Origin: Octopus vulgaris
Taxonomy: Eukaryota
Reading direction: 5' to 3'
DNA: 64,000 bases
Assembly (NCBI GenBank): GCA_951406725.2
Contig: OX597831.1
Location: forward strand, 248,001 to 312,000
A program made the translations under genes and the position numbers. The notes beneath the pieces were generated by a model, which was not told the DNA's origin, did not search any database, and saw only the letters and a list, made by a program, of their open reading frames with translations. Positions 49,609 through 61,565 of the stretch are shown here, piece by piece. Each line of letters begins with the position of its first letter. The first letter of the stretch is position 1.

Positions 49609-52062
49609 TTAAAGGAAATTTACCTATTCCTAGCTTGTTTAATGACTATGTAGAGGCGTCTTTGTTGGTTCTGGGAACATCTTGTTTACCTAGCATGTAC
49701 TTATGTTACTCCCAATACTAATATTCCTTTTTGATATAGGCAGAAAAGCCTGAAATTTTTGAGGTGGGGGTGGGCTGTCAATAGCATCAAACTCAGTTGC
49801 ACAACTGTTGCTTATTTTAATTGACTCTGGAAGGAAGGAAGGATGAAAGGCAAAGTTGAACTCAGAACATAAAGAGCTGGAAGAAATACTGCCAAGCATT
49901 TTGTCTGATCTGCTAACGAATCTGCCATGAATCTAATACTAATATTGCTGCTGCTGTTCTAAGATTAACCAAGTGGGTTTGTGCCAGAAAGGTAAAGGGC
50001 TTAGAAAGACGCTTTGGGGGGTATTTAATTATTTAACATTCTGCATTCAAGTCCTGTTGGGCTCAGCTTAGCATTCCATTCATCCAGGCTCGATATGAAT
50101 CGCTCATGTATTTAACCCCACTCCCCCGTAAATATTTGGCCTTGTGCCCAGATGACCCCCCCCCCCCAAAAAAAATCCCCAGCAAATTTTTTTGTGTAAT
50201 GAATAGCAAAAGTAGTAGACTGTTACTAAATGTATTGCAGTATTTTTGTCTTTTACATACGGGGGTTTAAATTTTTCTTGGACTAACTTTGCTTCTCCCT
50301 TGCCTGCCCAGTGGGAAATTAGATAACCATCCATCAATAGAGTAATGGAGATGATTATCTCAACTATGACTGTATCCCTTTCCTCAAAATATATAGCCTG
50401 CAAAAGATAAAAAGCCTCATTATTATTTAAAGGCCAGTAGGTTGGTAGACTCGTTAGAGTGTTGGACAAAATACTTTGCAGTGTTCTTTTCACCTCCTTA
50501 CTTTTTGAGTTCAAATCCCACTGAGTTCAACTTTGCCTTTCAGCTTTTTTTTAAACTACTCTAGGGAAATACTAGGGTTTTTTAAATTGACTATACTTCC
50601 CCCAAAATTTCAGGTCTTGTGGCGACATTAAAAAATTATAATAATAATTAAGATGGCGAGCTGGCAGAATCATTAGCATGCTGAATGAAATGCTTAGCAG
50701 TATTTTGTGTGTTGCTATGTTCTGGGTTCAAATTCTGTTGAGGTCAACTTTGCTTTTCACCCCTTATTATATTGGGGTCAATATAATAAGTACCAGTTGA
50801 ACACTGGGGTTGATCTACTCGACTGGCCTCTTCCAAAATTTCAGGCCTTGTGCCTATAGAAAGGATTATTATTATTATTATTATTATTACAATAATGTTG
50901 TTGAATTCCAGTTTAGTCCTGGTTATGTCTATGATCAGATGTTCCTACTCTTGTTTATCCAAGACTATATCCAAAATGGCCTTTTCATTTTCAGGTTGGT
51001 GGAGCTTGACCTGAAGGTGCTTTGGCTGCTATGTGTAGCAGTTCGAGTAACCTTGTAGATATTTCAATGGTTTTTGATATTTAGTTATATCTTTGTGGTT
51101 TGAGTTTGTAGTTACAAAGTTTGATTCACTGTCATTTGTTGTTGGGTTTAATCATACTGTAACAACACCTTTGGCAAATTACCTTCTGTCAATAAGTTCA
51201 GGTTGTTCAATACCTTGTGAATGTAATTTGGCAGACAGAAACTGTGTTATGGTTTTTGTTTGTTTTTCATAATTTTTCATGGTCTGCATGTTCACTTGTC
51301 CATGCTTGCATGGTTCAGACGAAATTTGTTGCGGGAGATTTTTTGTGGCTGGGATACTCTTCCTGCCACCAAACCCCATCTACCTTCAAGCAAAATAATA
51401 TTTCCCCTAGTCCTGTATTTACATGTGTTATATCACTCTTTATAACAACATATACTACTAATTCCATCTGGGCTTTTTATAACTTGAGAGATAGTTTATA
51501 AGCAAAACTACATTTATAAATCTCTTTTTCTCTTTTATCTGTTACTTGTTCCAGCCATTTGACCGTAGCCATGCTGGCGCATCACTTTGAAGGGTTTTAG
51601 TCGAACAAATTGAATCCAGGACTTATATTTTTAAGCCTGGTACTTATTCTTATGGTTTCTTTTGCCAAATTTCTAAGTTATGGGAGATGTAAACACACCA
51701 ACACCGGTTGTCAAGCAGTTGTTGGGGACAAACACACATTTGATGGACTTCTTTTAGTTAACATCAACCAAATCCACTCGCAAGCCTTTGGTCAGCTTGT
51801 GACTATAGTAGAATACACTTGGCCAAGGTGCCACATAGTGAAACTGATCCTAGAACCATATGATTGGGAAATAAGCTTCTTACCATACCATCACACCTGT
51901 GTTTTAAGTTTTCTTTTAAAATCTAGATGTAAATGTATGTTTTGTTATATGAAATTATACCTCCCCACACTGATATAACTTTTTATATTTCTTTCAAACA
52001 GATATTAACAATGGAATTGTTTTAAAGTTCATTTTGAACTTTAAACTGGCCAATTAACCCTG

Positions 52063-52687
52063 ATGAATGGTATTAGTTCAACTCTAGTTACCCAGTTGCC
52101 TCCAATCCCCGCAGTTGGCGTGAATCCCAAGTTAACACCAAATCCAATTGGTCTAAGTACGGGCTTGAACAGTGAAGAGGCTAGCTACCCAGTTTTGCAT
52201 TTCCAGTCCCCATTAAAAACATCCCCACCGGAAGGAGGAGGAGAGCGAGATGGAAGAACGAGCGAACCAGTTTGTGAGAAACAGCAGATTGAAGTGCCAG
52301 CTTTGATGCCAATGGACCAGTCCACTCGTAGAAGGATCCGTCATGTGCCGAAACATGAGCCGTTGAGCGAGAGTACCGCTACCACTACAACATCTACCAC
52401 CACCACCAGTGCTACTATTGCTACAACTACTACTGCTACTGCTATTGTTAATAGTACGTCAGATGACAAGATGAAGGTTCCTGTTAAAGATCCTACTTCT
52501 AAAGTGGAAACGACCTCGAAGGAGAACCAGAGTGTTCCGAAAAAGACTGATCCGTTGTTGGAAAAGCATGAGAAGCCAGCCAAGTGGCTTGTTGGCGACC
52601 TCATTTGGTCAAAAGTATCTGGTCATCCTTGGTGGCCCTGCCTTATTGCTTGTGATCCTCTTGAAGGGATCTATACCAAACTGTGTG
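52063..52687 (+). CDS. NSD2: NSD-family (NSD2/WHSC1-like) histone H3K36 methyltransferase, first coding exon: disordered N-terminus plus N-terminal half of PWWP1
   Basis: ORF 52063+ ends in [32 protein letters not shown], matching recalled human NSD2 PWWP1 ([23 protein letters not shown]..YTKLK). Acceptor ttttatatttctttcaaacag ends at 52001, so the exon starts at 52002 with 61 nt of UTR. In-frame TAA at 52042 lies upstream of the ATG. Donor G|gtaaga at 52688, phase 1. The symbol reflects closest similarity; invertebrates usually have a single NSD. Confidence 0.92.
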
Positions 52688-53018
52688 GTAAGATATTGTC
52701 TTTTGTATTTTATTAGGCCAAACCGTTCTATGTTTTATTTTCAAGTCTATAATTTCTTTCTAAACGATTTGTGTGTGTGTGTGTGTGTGCATGTGCAGGC
52801 TCAACAACATCTGAGATTAAAAAGTTTGCTTTGTAACTACATGCCATGCCATGTAGTGAACCCCACTACATGGCATGTTGGGAAAATATCTTTTAATGTA
52901 TCTATATATATATATAGCTTTGGAGTGATAGATACATTGCAAGTCGGATTTGAGGTGGAAACTGTTTAGAAATTCATCCTAAGCACATGCACACCCATAC
53001 ATGTCTCTGTGAGCATAT

Positions 53019-53242
53019 ACTCTTTACTCTTTTACTTGTTTCAGTCATTTGACTGCGGCCATGCTGGAGCACCGCCTTCAGTCGAGCAAGTCGACCCCGG
53101 GACTTATTCTTTGTAAGCCCAGTACTTATTCTATCGGTCTCTTTTGCCGAACCGCTAAGTGACGGGGACGTAAGCACACCAGCATCGGTTGTCAAGCAAT
53201 GCTAGGGGGACAAACACAGACACACAAACATATACACACGCA

Positions 53243-53280
<38 letters not shown>

Positions 53281-53445
53281 TACGACAGGCTTCTTTCAGT
53301 TTCCGTCTACCACATCCACTCACAAGGCATTGGTCGGCCCGGGGCTATAGCAGAAGACACTTGCCCAAGATGCCACGCAGTGGGACTGAACCCGGAACCA
53401 TGTGGTTGGTTAGCAAGCTACTTACCACACAGCCACTCCTGCGCC
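53019..53445 (-). mobile_element. SINE family A in the NSD intron
   Basis: Near-identical to 9394-9807. Confidence 0.9.
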
Positions 53446-53453
53446 TATATGTG

Positions 53454-53490
<37 letters not shown>

Positions 53491-54661
53491 TTGCTTATGT
53501 TTACATCAGTGTTTGTGTCAGTTTGTTTTATAACTTAGTGGGTTGATAAATAGTGTGGAGCTTAGGTGTTTCGTTCATAAACACACACATCGCCCAGTCT
53601 GAGATCCAAACCCGTGATCCCTTGGCCACGAGTCCACTGCTCTAACCACTAGGCCATGTGCCTCCACAATAAACAGAATGGCTGAGGTAAATAAGATGAT
53701 CTTGTTTGTTTATTTTTTTTTAACGTTATTAACAATGACAGTTGTGATAGGTTTAGTTAATTTTCTTTAACAACATGAAGAAGATGAAGCTATTTCTTAA
53801 ACCCTTTTGATACCAGCTTACTGAGACAGCCCCTGGTTCTCTGGTACAAGCTTCCTCTTAAAAACTGATCTGAATTAAAATTTTCAATCAAAATTTCATG
53901 TTGATATATTTACAAACATCAGTTATTTTAATATATTCTTCAGTATTTTGGAAAATAATTAAATCAAAGGCAGTGTTTTCCACAAAAATATGGTAATGAA
54001 AGGATTAATGTCCATTTTTTTTTTTGTGGTTCTAGAGTTAAATATTGGTAATAATCCACCAGATAACATTTCTTTAAATCCATTGCAGAAGTATTTAGTT
54101 TGAGTAATATATTTCAACGTAACCTTAGTTAACCCAGCTTGTTCGCAATAGGTACTAGGTAGTCTAAGAAATTTAATTCAGACCAGTATCGTCTTCAGAG
54201 ATGTGTGGGAGTTATTTCTCTTATTTGCTGAATACTGCCCAGCAAGGGCTGGTATGTTACGAGGCAGTCTGCCTGGTGGAGTGCACCGCTCTTCAGGCCA
54301 CTGGATACAGCTGGACATTTTGTACCTGGGAGAAAGTAGGAAAATTGCTTAGTCAGGAGGTGAACTTGCATTGCAGATATTGTGTTTAGAGAGAGGAAGA
54401 ATCTGTGGTTGCTTTATCTGCTGGAAATAACAGCCAAATCTTCACTGAAATCACACCTGGTGTCTTGATAAAAGAAAATACATTGGGATAATGTAGCCCT
54501 ATATTTGTTATATCTGGAAAAAAAGACTGGTTGATCACAGCTGGAATGTTTTTAATCAAACAATCAGTTTGATATTCAAGGTTGACCTAGAGCTAAGCAA
54601 TAAAACCTTTTAAATATCAAGAAATAGAAAATCACAAATCGTCTATTTACTATTTAAATTA

Positions 54662-56126
54662 TTGTGTTGGCAAGAGAGTAATTTCGGATTTTTAGTGTAA
54701 TTTTTTTCATACAAAGAATGAACTTCAATCAGTTATATATTTTCCATTTTGTGGAACTTCTGGTCCTTATCAGCCCAAAACTGAAGCAGGTGCAATTTCA
54801 GGTCATCATCATTATTGAAAGTTTTACCATTCAATAAATTTTGCAAACTTCAAAATAAATGGTAATCTGATGGTCCAAAGTCAGAGCTATAAGGTGGATA
54901 TGACATTACTCCCCAACCAAGCTTCAATCATTTTCCTGAGTTAGCAAAGCAATGTGTGGTCTATCATTGTCATGGTGGAACATGATTCCTTTATGATTTG
55001 CCAATTCTGGTTGTTTTTCGTTGATTGATTCTTCCAGTTTCGTTAGTTGTCGATAGTAAACATCTGAATTCATCGTTTGGTTCCTTGGAAGCAGCTCAAA
55101 ATACACAACACCTTTATAATCCCACCAGATTGACAGACAGCATGACCTTTTTGTTTATGCAGTTCAGCTTTCAATGTGGTTTGTGCTGGTTCATTGTGCT
55201 TGGACCATGATCGTTTTTGATTGATGTTATTGTAGACAATCCATTTTTCATCACCACTGATGATTCATTTAAAAAAAAACCAAAAAGGGCTGATTTCATT
55301 GCGTTTGACATGCATATAGCAAATTTTGATTTGTTGTGTTAACCCTTTAGCATTTAAACCGGCCATATCCGGCTGAAAGTATTCTGCTTGTTTTATGTTC
55401 AAACTGGCCATATCTGGTCTCTCACACCAACCCTACAATACCATCTTAAAAATTAACAGCTTCCTCATCAAAATCTCATAACTACAAGATAATGCATGAT
55501 TAGTTCAAAACAATGTGGATGAAAAGGCATTAATTTTGGCAGAATAATGCGAACACTAAAGGGTTAAGTGAATCTCTTTTAATGAATGTAGAACCCAAAT
55601 ATCAAGCTGCTTAATGAGTACAAGATATTCTAAGTGATTTTCAATTGTTGTGTGTGATACATTTAGCCTCTCTGCAATCTCTCGCACAATTATGTGACAA
55701 TCAGATTCAATTATGGTTTTGATTTGGTCATCATCAACTTCAGTAGGTCGACCAGAATGTTGGTCATCTTTGAGTGAAAAATCTCTAGAACAGAATTTTT
55801 AAAACCATTTCTGACATGTGCGTGCGTTCTGTGAAGCAATCGACACCATAAACTTAACATATCTTTTTGTGAGCCTCGGCAGCCTTCTTGTTTTTAAGGA
55901 AATAAAAAAGCAAAATATGGCGAAAATGTTCGATGTTGCACCCCATGTTAAAATTGACACTAAATTAACAGCTGTAAAGAAAATTATGTGCAATTTGCTT
56001 CTAAAGTAAGCTAAAAGTAACAGCTATCAAATGTCAAAAGGAAAAAGTCATAACGTTGACAAGAGTAATTTTAAAATATCGTAACTCTGTTTGCAAAAAA
56101 CAAAAAATACTTTCTTACCAACCTAA
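54662..56126 (-). mobile_element. Decayed mariner copy 2, in the intron splitting PWWP1
   Basis: Same TIRs and collinear with copy 1. Remnant YFELLPRNQTMNSDVYYRQL...FHHDNDRPH. Has an internal deletion near 54750 and a MITE insertion at 55343-55563. Confidence 0.9.
55343..55563 (+). mobile_element. piggyBac-type MITE family 2 inserted in mariner copy 2
   Basis: TTAA|CCCTTTAG ... CTAAAGGG|TTAA. The empty TTAA site is at 35869-35872 in mariner copy 1. A sister copy is at about 40253-40473. Confidence 0.9.
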
Positions 56127-56190
56127 TATAAAATGTTCAAATTTATGGAGGCCTTAAGAAAATTTTTATTGGTCTTTTATTTATTTAAAA

Positions 56191-56428
56191 CAGTGGTTCT
56201 CAACCATTTATTGTTCAATTCCTATTTTATTCCTATTTTACTCTACTGGATCTCCATAGTTTTTGCTGAATATAACAAACATCTTACTGTATTTTTATAA
56301 TTAAATATTAGTAGGAATTGTATTAAAAAAAAAAACTTAAAATATTTATGTTCTGTAGAAGTGTTACCAATTTATTGGAGATAATTTTAAGAATAAAATC
56401 TTATGTGGACCCCTGTTGAGGACCACTG
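56191..56428. mobile_element. hAT (Charlie/MER5-like) MITE
   Basis: TIRs cagtggttctcaac / gttgaggaccactg and an imperfect 8-bp TSD atttaaaa/gtttaaag. Related copies at about 41570-41821 and 45970-46235. Confidence 0.7.
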
Positions 56429-56672
56429 GTTTAAAGCAAGTACTGAGGCCAACTCCTGAGACATAGAAATTTACTATCGCCTTTTATTTATTTTTGTACA
56501 TGTTGGGCTTTGTACCTTCTTGTCAAAAGAAATATTGTATTGTCAAGATAATCTTTCTTCCTCTTCCTGTCTATCTGTGTATGTATCTAGTCTAACAATC
56601 TGTTTATTTGTTTATCAATCTGCCTACTCACTCATGTATTTATGTATTTTTACTTTTATTTTCCACTTGCAG

Positions 56673-57539
56673 TAAAAGGCAAAGGATGTGTGCGGAATTA
56701 CCATGTGCAGTATTTTTATGATGAACCAGAGCGGGCATGGGTGAGTGAGAATGCAACACTTGGATTTGAAGGGAAAGACAAATTCTTCAAATATGTAGAA
56801 GATATGCTAGAAAGGGCACCTGCTAAACAGCGATCCCAGATTTCACAGAAATATGGAGTCAGCAAACACAAGCGCCCAGTTTGGGACCGTGCTGTTCGTT
56901 CAGCAGAAGTAGCACTGCCTTTATCCCACTCTGAACGGAAACTCTGCTACATAAACAACTTTGACAAACATCCTGAGAAGAAGAAGCAAGAGTCTCCGGA
57001 AAAGTTGGCAGTTGAGGTTAGCAAACCAGAGAAAGCTGGTCCCAAAGCCAAGAAACAAAAGACTGAGAGTTCTAGTGGTGCTGGTGTTACTAGTGGAGGA
57101 GATGGTGGTGGTAAAGTGAAAATAGAGTCTTCTTCTGCCAGTAAATTACCATCTATTGTCAATGGAACTCTTGCTAAGAAACGCCACGCGTCACCTGGTA
57201 GCTTCGCCAACGACTCTGACAGCATTGCGTCACCGCAGCGGAAAAGGCCAAAAGCGGCCAGCGGTGCTGAGTCAGGTGGTGGGGCTGCCGGTGGCAGTGG
57301 GTGTGTTACTACTCCGAAATCAGGGAAAGATGATGGTTCTTTTGATATGTTCTGTCAGAAGCATAGGGAGGGTGTTCTGTCTGAGCACTCGGACTTTGAT
57401 GAGCAAATGGTAGTTGAATATCTCAGGCAACAATGGAGTATGATGAGCCAGAAGCAGAGAGCTCGTTACAAGTCTAAGTTTGGTGGTGGTGGTGGAGGTG
57501 GAGGAGGAGGTGTCATTACAAGCAGAGGTACATCATCAG
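56673..57539 (+). CDS. NSD2: NSD-family methyltransferase, second coding exon: C-terminal half of PWWP1, basic/Gly-rich linker and HMG box
   Basis: Acceptor ttttattttccacttgcag ends at 56672. G+TA gives Val, in phase with the previous exon (KLC-V-KGKGCVRNYHVQYFYDEPERAWV; compare NSD2 RQYHVQFFGDAPERAWI). HMG box FDMFCQKHREGVLSEHSDFDEQMVVEYLRQQWSMMSQKQRARYKSKF (compare NSD2 FLVFCQKHRDEVVAEHPD...[20 protein letters not shown]). Donor cag|gtaaat at 57540. Confidence 0.93.
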
Positions 57540-58679
57540 GTAAATGAATTTTAACTGTTTTAATTGAAGCAGTTGAAAACTGACCTGAGCAGAAGCAAAA
57601 GCTGTAATTTTTCACAAAAACAAAGAAAGAAAAATTATTAATTATAATAATAATAATAATAATAATAATAATTATAATTATGATTATAATAACAATAATA
57701 ATTATACACTGAAAAAAGAGCGGGTTTAAAGCATAAACATTCTTTAAATATTGACAATTGGAAGAAAAGGAAAAATATTTTTTTTTTAAATTGAAATTAA
57801 ATTAATATTTTTACTATTCTCTTATTATATTCTTCCCATGATTACCTCATTTTTATTTTGTAAAAAAAATTATATTTATCTTAAGTGATAACCATAAATA
57901 TTTCAGAAATTTTACAAAAGTAACTATTAATTTTCATTACCTAGATTGATTAGGTTCATTAGTCCTTTATGAAAGAGTATGTATATATATATGTACACAT
58001 GCATATATATTATATAGATGAATATTGAGTATAATTGTGATGATAGCAATAGTAATGATAATAATAATATAATAACAATAATAATAATTCAAACGGGTCC
58101 CATGATGTAGTAGATACATTAATTTATTTTTAAAAAAGAAAACATGAAAAAGTGCTTTACTTTTTTTAAAAATACTTAAATTTAAAAAAAAATATTATTT
58201 AAAGATTTTTTTTCCCATTTTTTTCCTCCCCAAAACATTAAACATTTTCATTGTTTTTCTTTCAATTTTTATTTATTTATTTATTTTAATATTTAAAAAA
58301 AGACAAGGAAAGAAAAAAAAAATTTCTATCTCTCACTCACTTTTCCTCCCCTGACATAGAAAAATCATTTGAAAGCGGGTTTGAGAGTGTTTAAAACTGG
58401 AGAAGACAGCCTGATTTTTGAGCGGACTAAGTTGCCTTTTGAAGTTATACACACTGCAGGCTGTTCCAGAGGTGAATGGAATCAAATTAACAAGAAACAT
58501 ATTAAAACATTACATGTGAAGCAGGTCCATTTTTTTTTTTTCATCCTTATCACTTGGATGGTTGAATCCCATACATAAAAACATGCATGCATAATTTTTT
58601 TAACAGAAGGTGGGAAATGAGGGACAAAATACACACACTCACACTATTTTCAAACAGTTATCTCTTTTATATATATATA

Positions 58680-58727
<48 letters not shown>

Positions 58728-61167
58728 CTCTTATATATTGTATATTTAATATATATTTATGGTCATGTTTCTGATATGACTGACTGACCAAGCATATTTC
58801 AAATTCACCCTACCTCTTGAAGATTAAAATGAAGAAAAGAAATTAAGATTTAAGACAAAAGAATTTAATTTTCCTCTTTGTTTTACTAATTTAATTTTTA
58901 TTTATTTATTTATTTACTGATTTAAAAAATGAAAACACAAAAAACCTCAACCTCCCTTCCAATTCATACAGTATTATTCATAAATTTATGATATTGCCTT
59001 AACATCCATTAAGAAAAAAAAAATTGGCATTAAAAAAAAACCCCTAAAAATTTGATGGATAAATACAATCATATTTTATGAAAAATGTTTTATAACAAAA
59101 TACTTTTACATTTTTTTGTCTTGTGGCAAATGATTTAACTTTATTTATTATTTTTTTGGACTTCTCCCTCAACTTATTTGGATGTAAATATAGGGATAGC
59201 ATTTTTAGTTGTCACTTTATATTATAAGTATGGACACATAACACAAACACTTGACTATTTCTTACTCTTGTAATAATGGGAAATTTAGTAATGTTGCCAA
59301 AAAAGAAAAAAAGAAAAAAAAATGTAAAGCAAAAAAAAAGAGGGGGGCGGAAGTTATAAGGCTGAGTGTTGTTTTTTTTTAATGATATATATGTATATTA
59401 TTAACCAACATACCCTCCACTGACTCCTCACCCACCACCTTCATTTCTGGAATAGCCCTGCTTTGTGGTCAATCATCATGGATTCCATGGTTGTTTGAAT
59501 TAAAAAAAAAACAATAAAAAATATATATATATGTATGTATATTCTATTATATGTATATGTATATATAGCTTTGTAATAATAATATCATAATGTTGTATTT
59601 TACATTCACCTCGTAAAGTTCATGTACTCCTAGGAAAATAAACAGTAGTCTTTACCAAAATGGTAATGCTACTGAGCTACACTTCTGGAAATTTTGGTAT
59701 TTTTTTTTTCTCATTTTGGTGTAAAGTGTGCATATATCTGTGAATGTATGGACTTTGGCATGGTGTTTAGTCTATCTGTCCCCTTAAAATCTTCAGCTGA
59801 ATCTCCAAATTTTAAACACAATTGCCGGCATCTGTTTTTCAAATGTCAAGTAACAATAAGAAAAATGATAATATTAATAATAACAAAAAAGGGGAAAAAA
59901 ATGACAGATCTTAAATTAATAATAATAGTTACCATTCCTTTTATGTTTTCAATTCTTTTATTTTCTAGTTATTTCTTTAAATAATAATTTTAACAATGAA
60001 AATTTGTTAAGTTTCAAGATTATGCATTTAGAAAAAAATCAATCCACTAAAAATCATCTTAGGGTTAATGAAAACATTATATAAATTATAAAAATTTATA
60101 TATATAAATTTAAATTAAAATGTTACCCATAGATTAAAATTTAAAGTAAGTTATTTGAAAAGAGGTGTATTTTTCATGTGAAGTTCCAAAAAAAAAAAAA
60201 AGAAGATAGATATTAATTTTCAGTATTGATTGAAAAAAAAAAAAGCCAAAACTAAATCAGTTAGTGGGTAAGTTAAACTGTTTTTATAGTATCTCTGAAA
60301 TCTTATTGAAATGTTTTTCCTTTATTGAATTCCAAATTTTGAAAGAAGAAAAAAAAATTTGATATTTCATTATATCAATTTCTGATATGAAAGAAACAGG
60401 GGAACAAAGAAGAAAAAAAAAATAACAGCTTTTGCTAACTTAAGAAGCTACAGGGAAATTTTTCGATTGTGTGATCTTTGAAGAATTTTTTTTTTTTTCC
60501 TTAAAAAAAGAAACTGTTAGTAAAATTATGCTTTTCTTTATATATACATAGCATGTGTACACTTGCACACTGACAAACAAACAAAATGAAACAAATACAC
60601 ATTCACACAAACAAGCCTTAAGGGCCAGAATTTCATTTACAAGAATTCTCTCTCTCTTTCTCTCTCTGACTTGGTTTTGATATTCCCTATTCCAAAAAAG
60701 AATTATTTCCCATTCTCCTAAAGTTTTTAAATTCTTATACCATCATACAATTCCCACTAGTAAGAATAAAATTTCAGAAATGGAGAGAGGAATTTGGGAA
60801 TTGCTTTGGTCCAGTGGTGGAATGGCCTGTCATGTTTACAGATGTAAGGTTCCATCACAGGCAACCTTTAACTTTTTCTATCTAAGAGGTTTTTTTTCAT
60901 TGCAGTATTTGCACTCTATCATTTGTAGCGTTCTTTATTTCAAGATCAACTATTGGCCAAAATAATTGTGTATATGTTTAGCATACATTAGAATCTTCAT
61001 TGATATTTTCAGTTTGAAATCTCAAATTGATTAAACTGAGATGCTTTCATAAAGCAGATATCTAGAATTGAAGCAAAAGAATTTTTTTTTATTTTACCAC
61101 AAAATCTAATTCCTGCAAACACTAATTGAAAATATTTTAGGTAAAAAAAAAAAAAGAATATATATAT

Positions 61168-61565
61168 TCTTTTACTTGTTTCAGTCATGTGACTGTGGCC
61201 ATGCTAGAGCACCGTCTTTAGTCGAGCAAATCGACCCCAGGACTTATTCTTTGTAAGCCTAGTACTTATTCTATCGGTCTCTTTTGCCGAACCGCTAAGT
61301 TACGGGGATGTAAACACACCAGCATTGGTTGTCAAGTGATGTGGGGGGGGGGGGGGGTCAAACACAGAAACACACACACACACGCACACATATACATATA
61401 TACGACGAGCTTCTCTCAGTTTCCGTCTACCAAATTCACTCAGAAGGCTTTGGTCAGCCCGAGGCTATAGTAGAAGACATTTGCCCACGGTGCCACGCAG
61501 TGAGACTGAACCCGGAGCCATGTGGTTTGTAAGCAAGCTACTTACCACACAGCCACTCCTATGCC
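61168..61565 (-). mobile_element. SINE family A; first transposon after the TE-free interval
   Basis: Family A tail, core and head. Confidence 0.88.

Noticed and set aside
52341-52604. Antisense and alternative-frame ORFs over NSD exons (also 56947-57225 and 57156-57413)
   Set aside because: Shadow ORFs of real coding sequence with no recognisable motifs.
52621-52640. GHPWWP instead of GYPWWP as a loss of methyl-lysine binding
   Set aside because: This position varies among PWWP domains, so function cannot be inferred from sequence alone.
54662-56126. SETMAR-like fusion of mariner transposase with the NSD methyltransferase
   Set aside because: The mariner is antisense, heavily disrupted and MITE-interrupted, and the flanking NSD exons splice in phase around it.
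56642-56672. ATG at 56642 as the start of a separate 301-aa gene
   Set aside because: MYFYFYFPLA is the polypyrimidine tract and acceptor; the PWWP domain is complete only when spliced to the 52063 exon.
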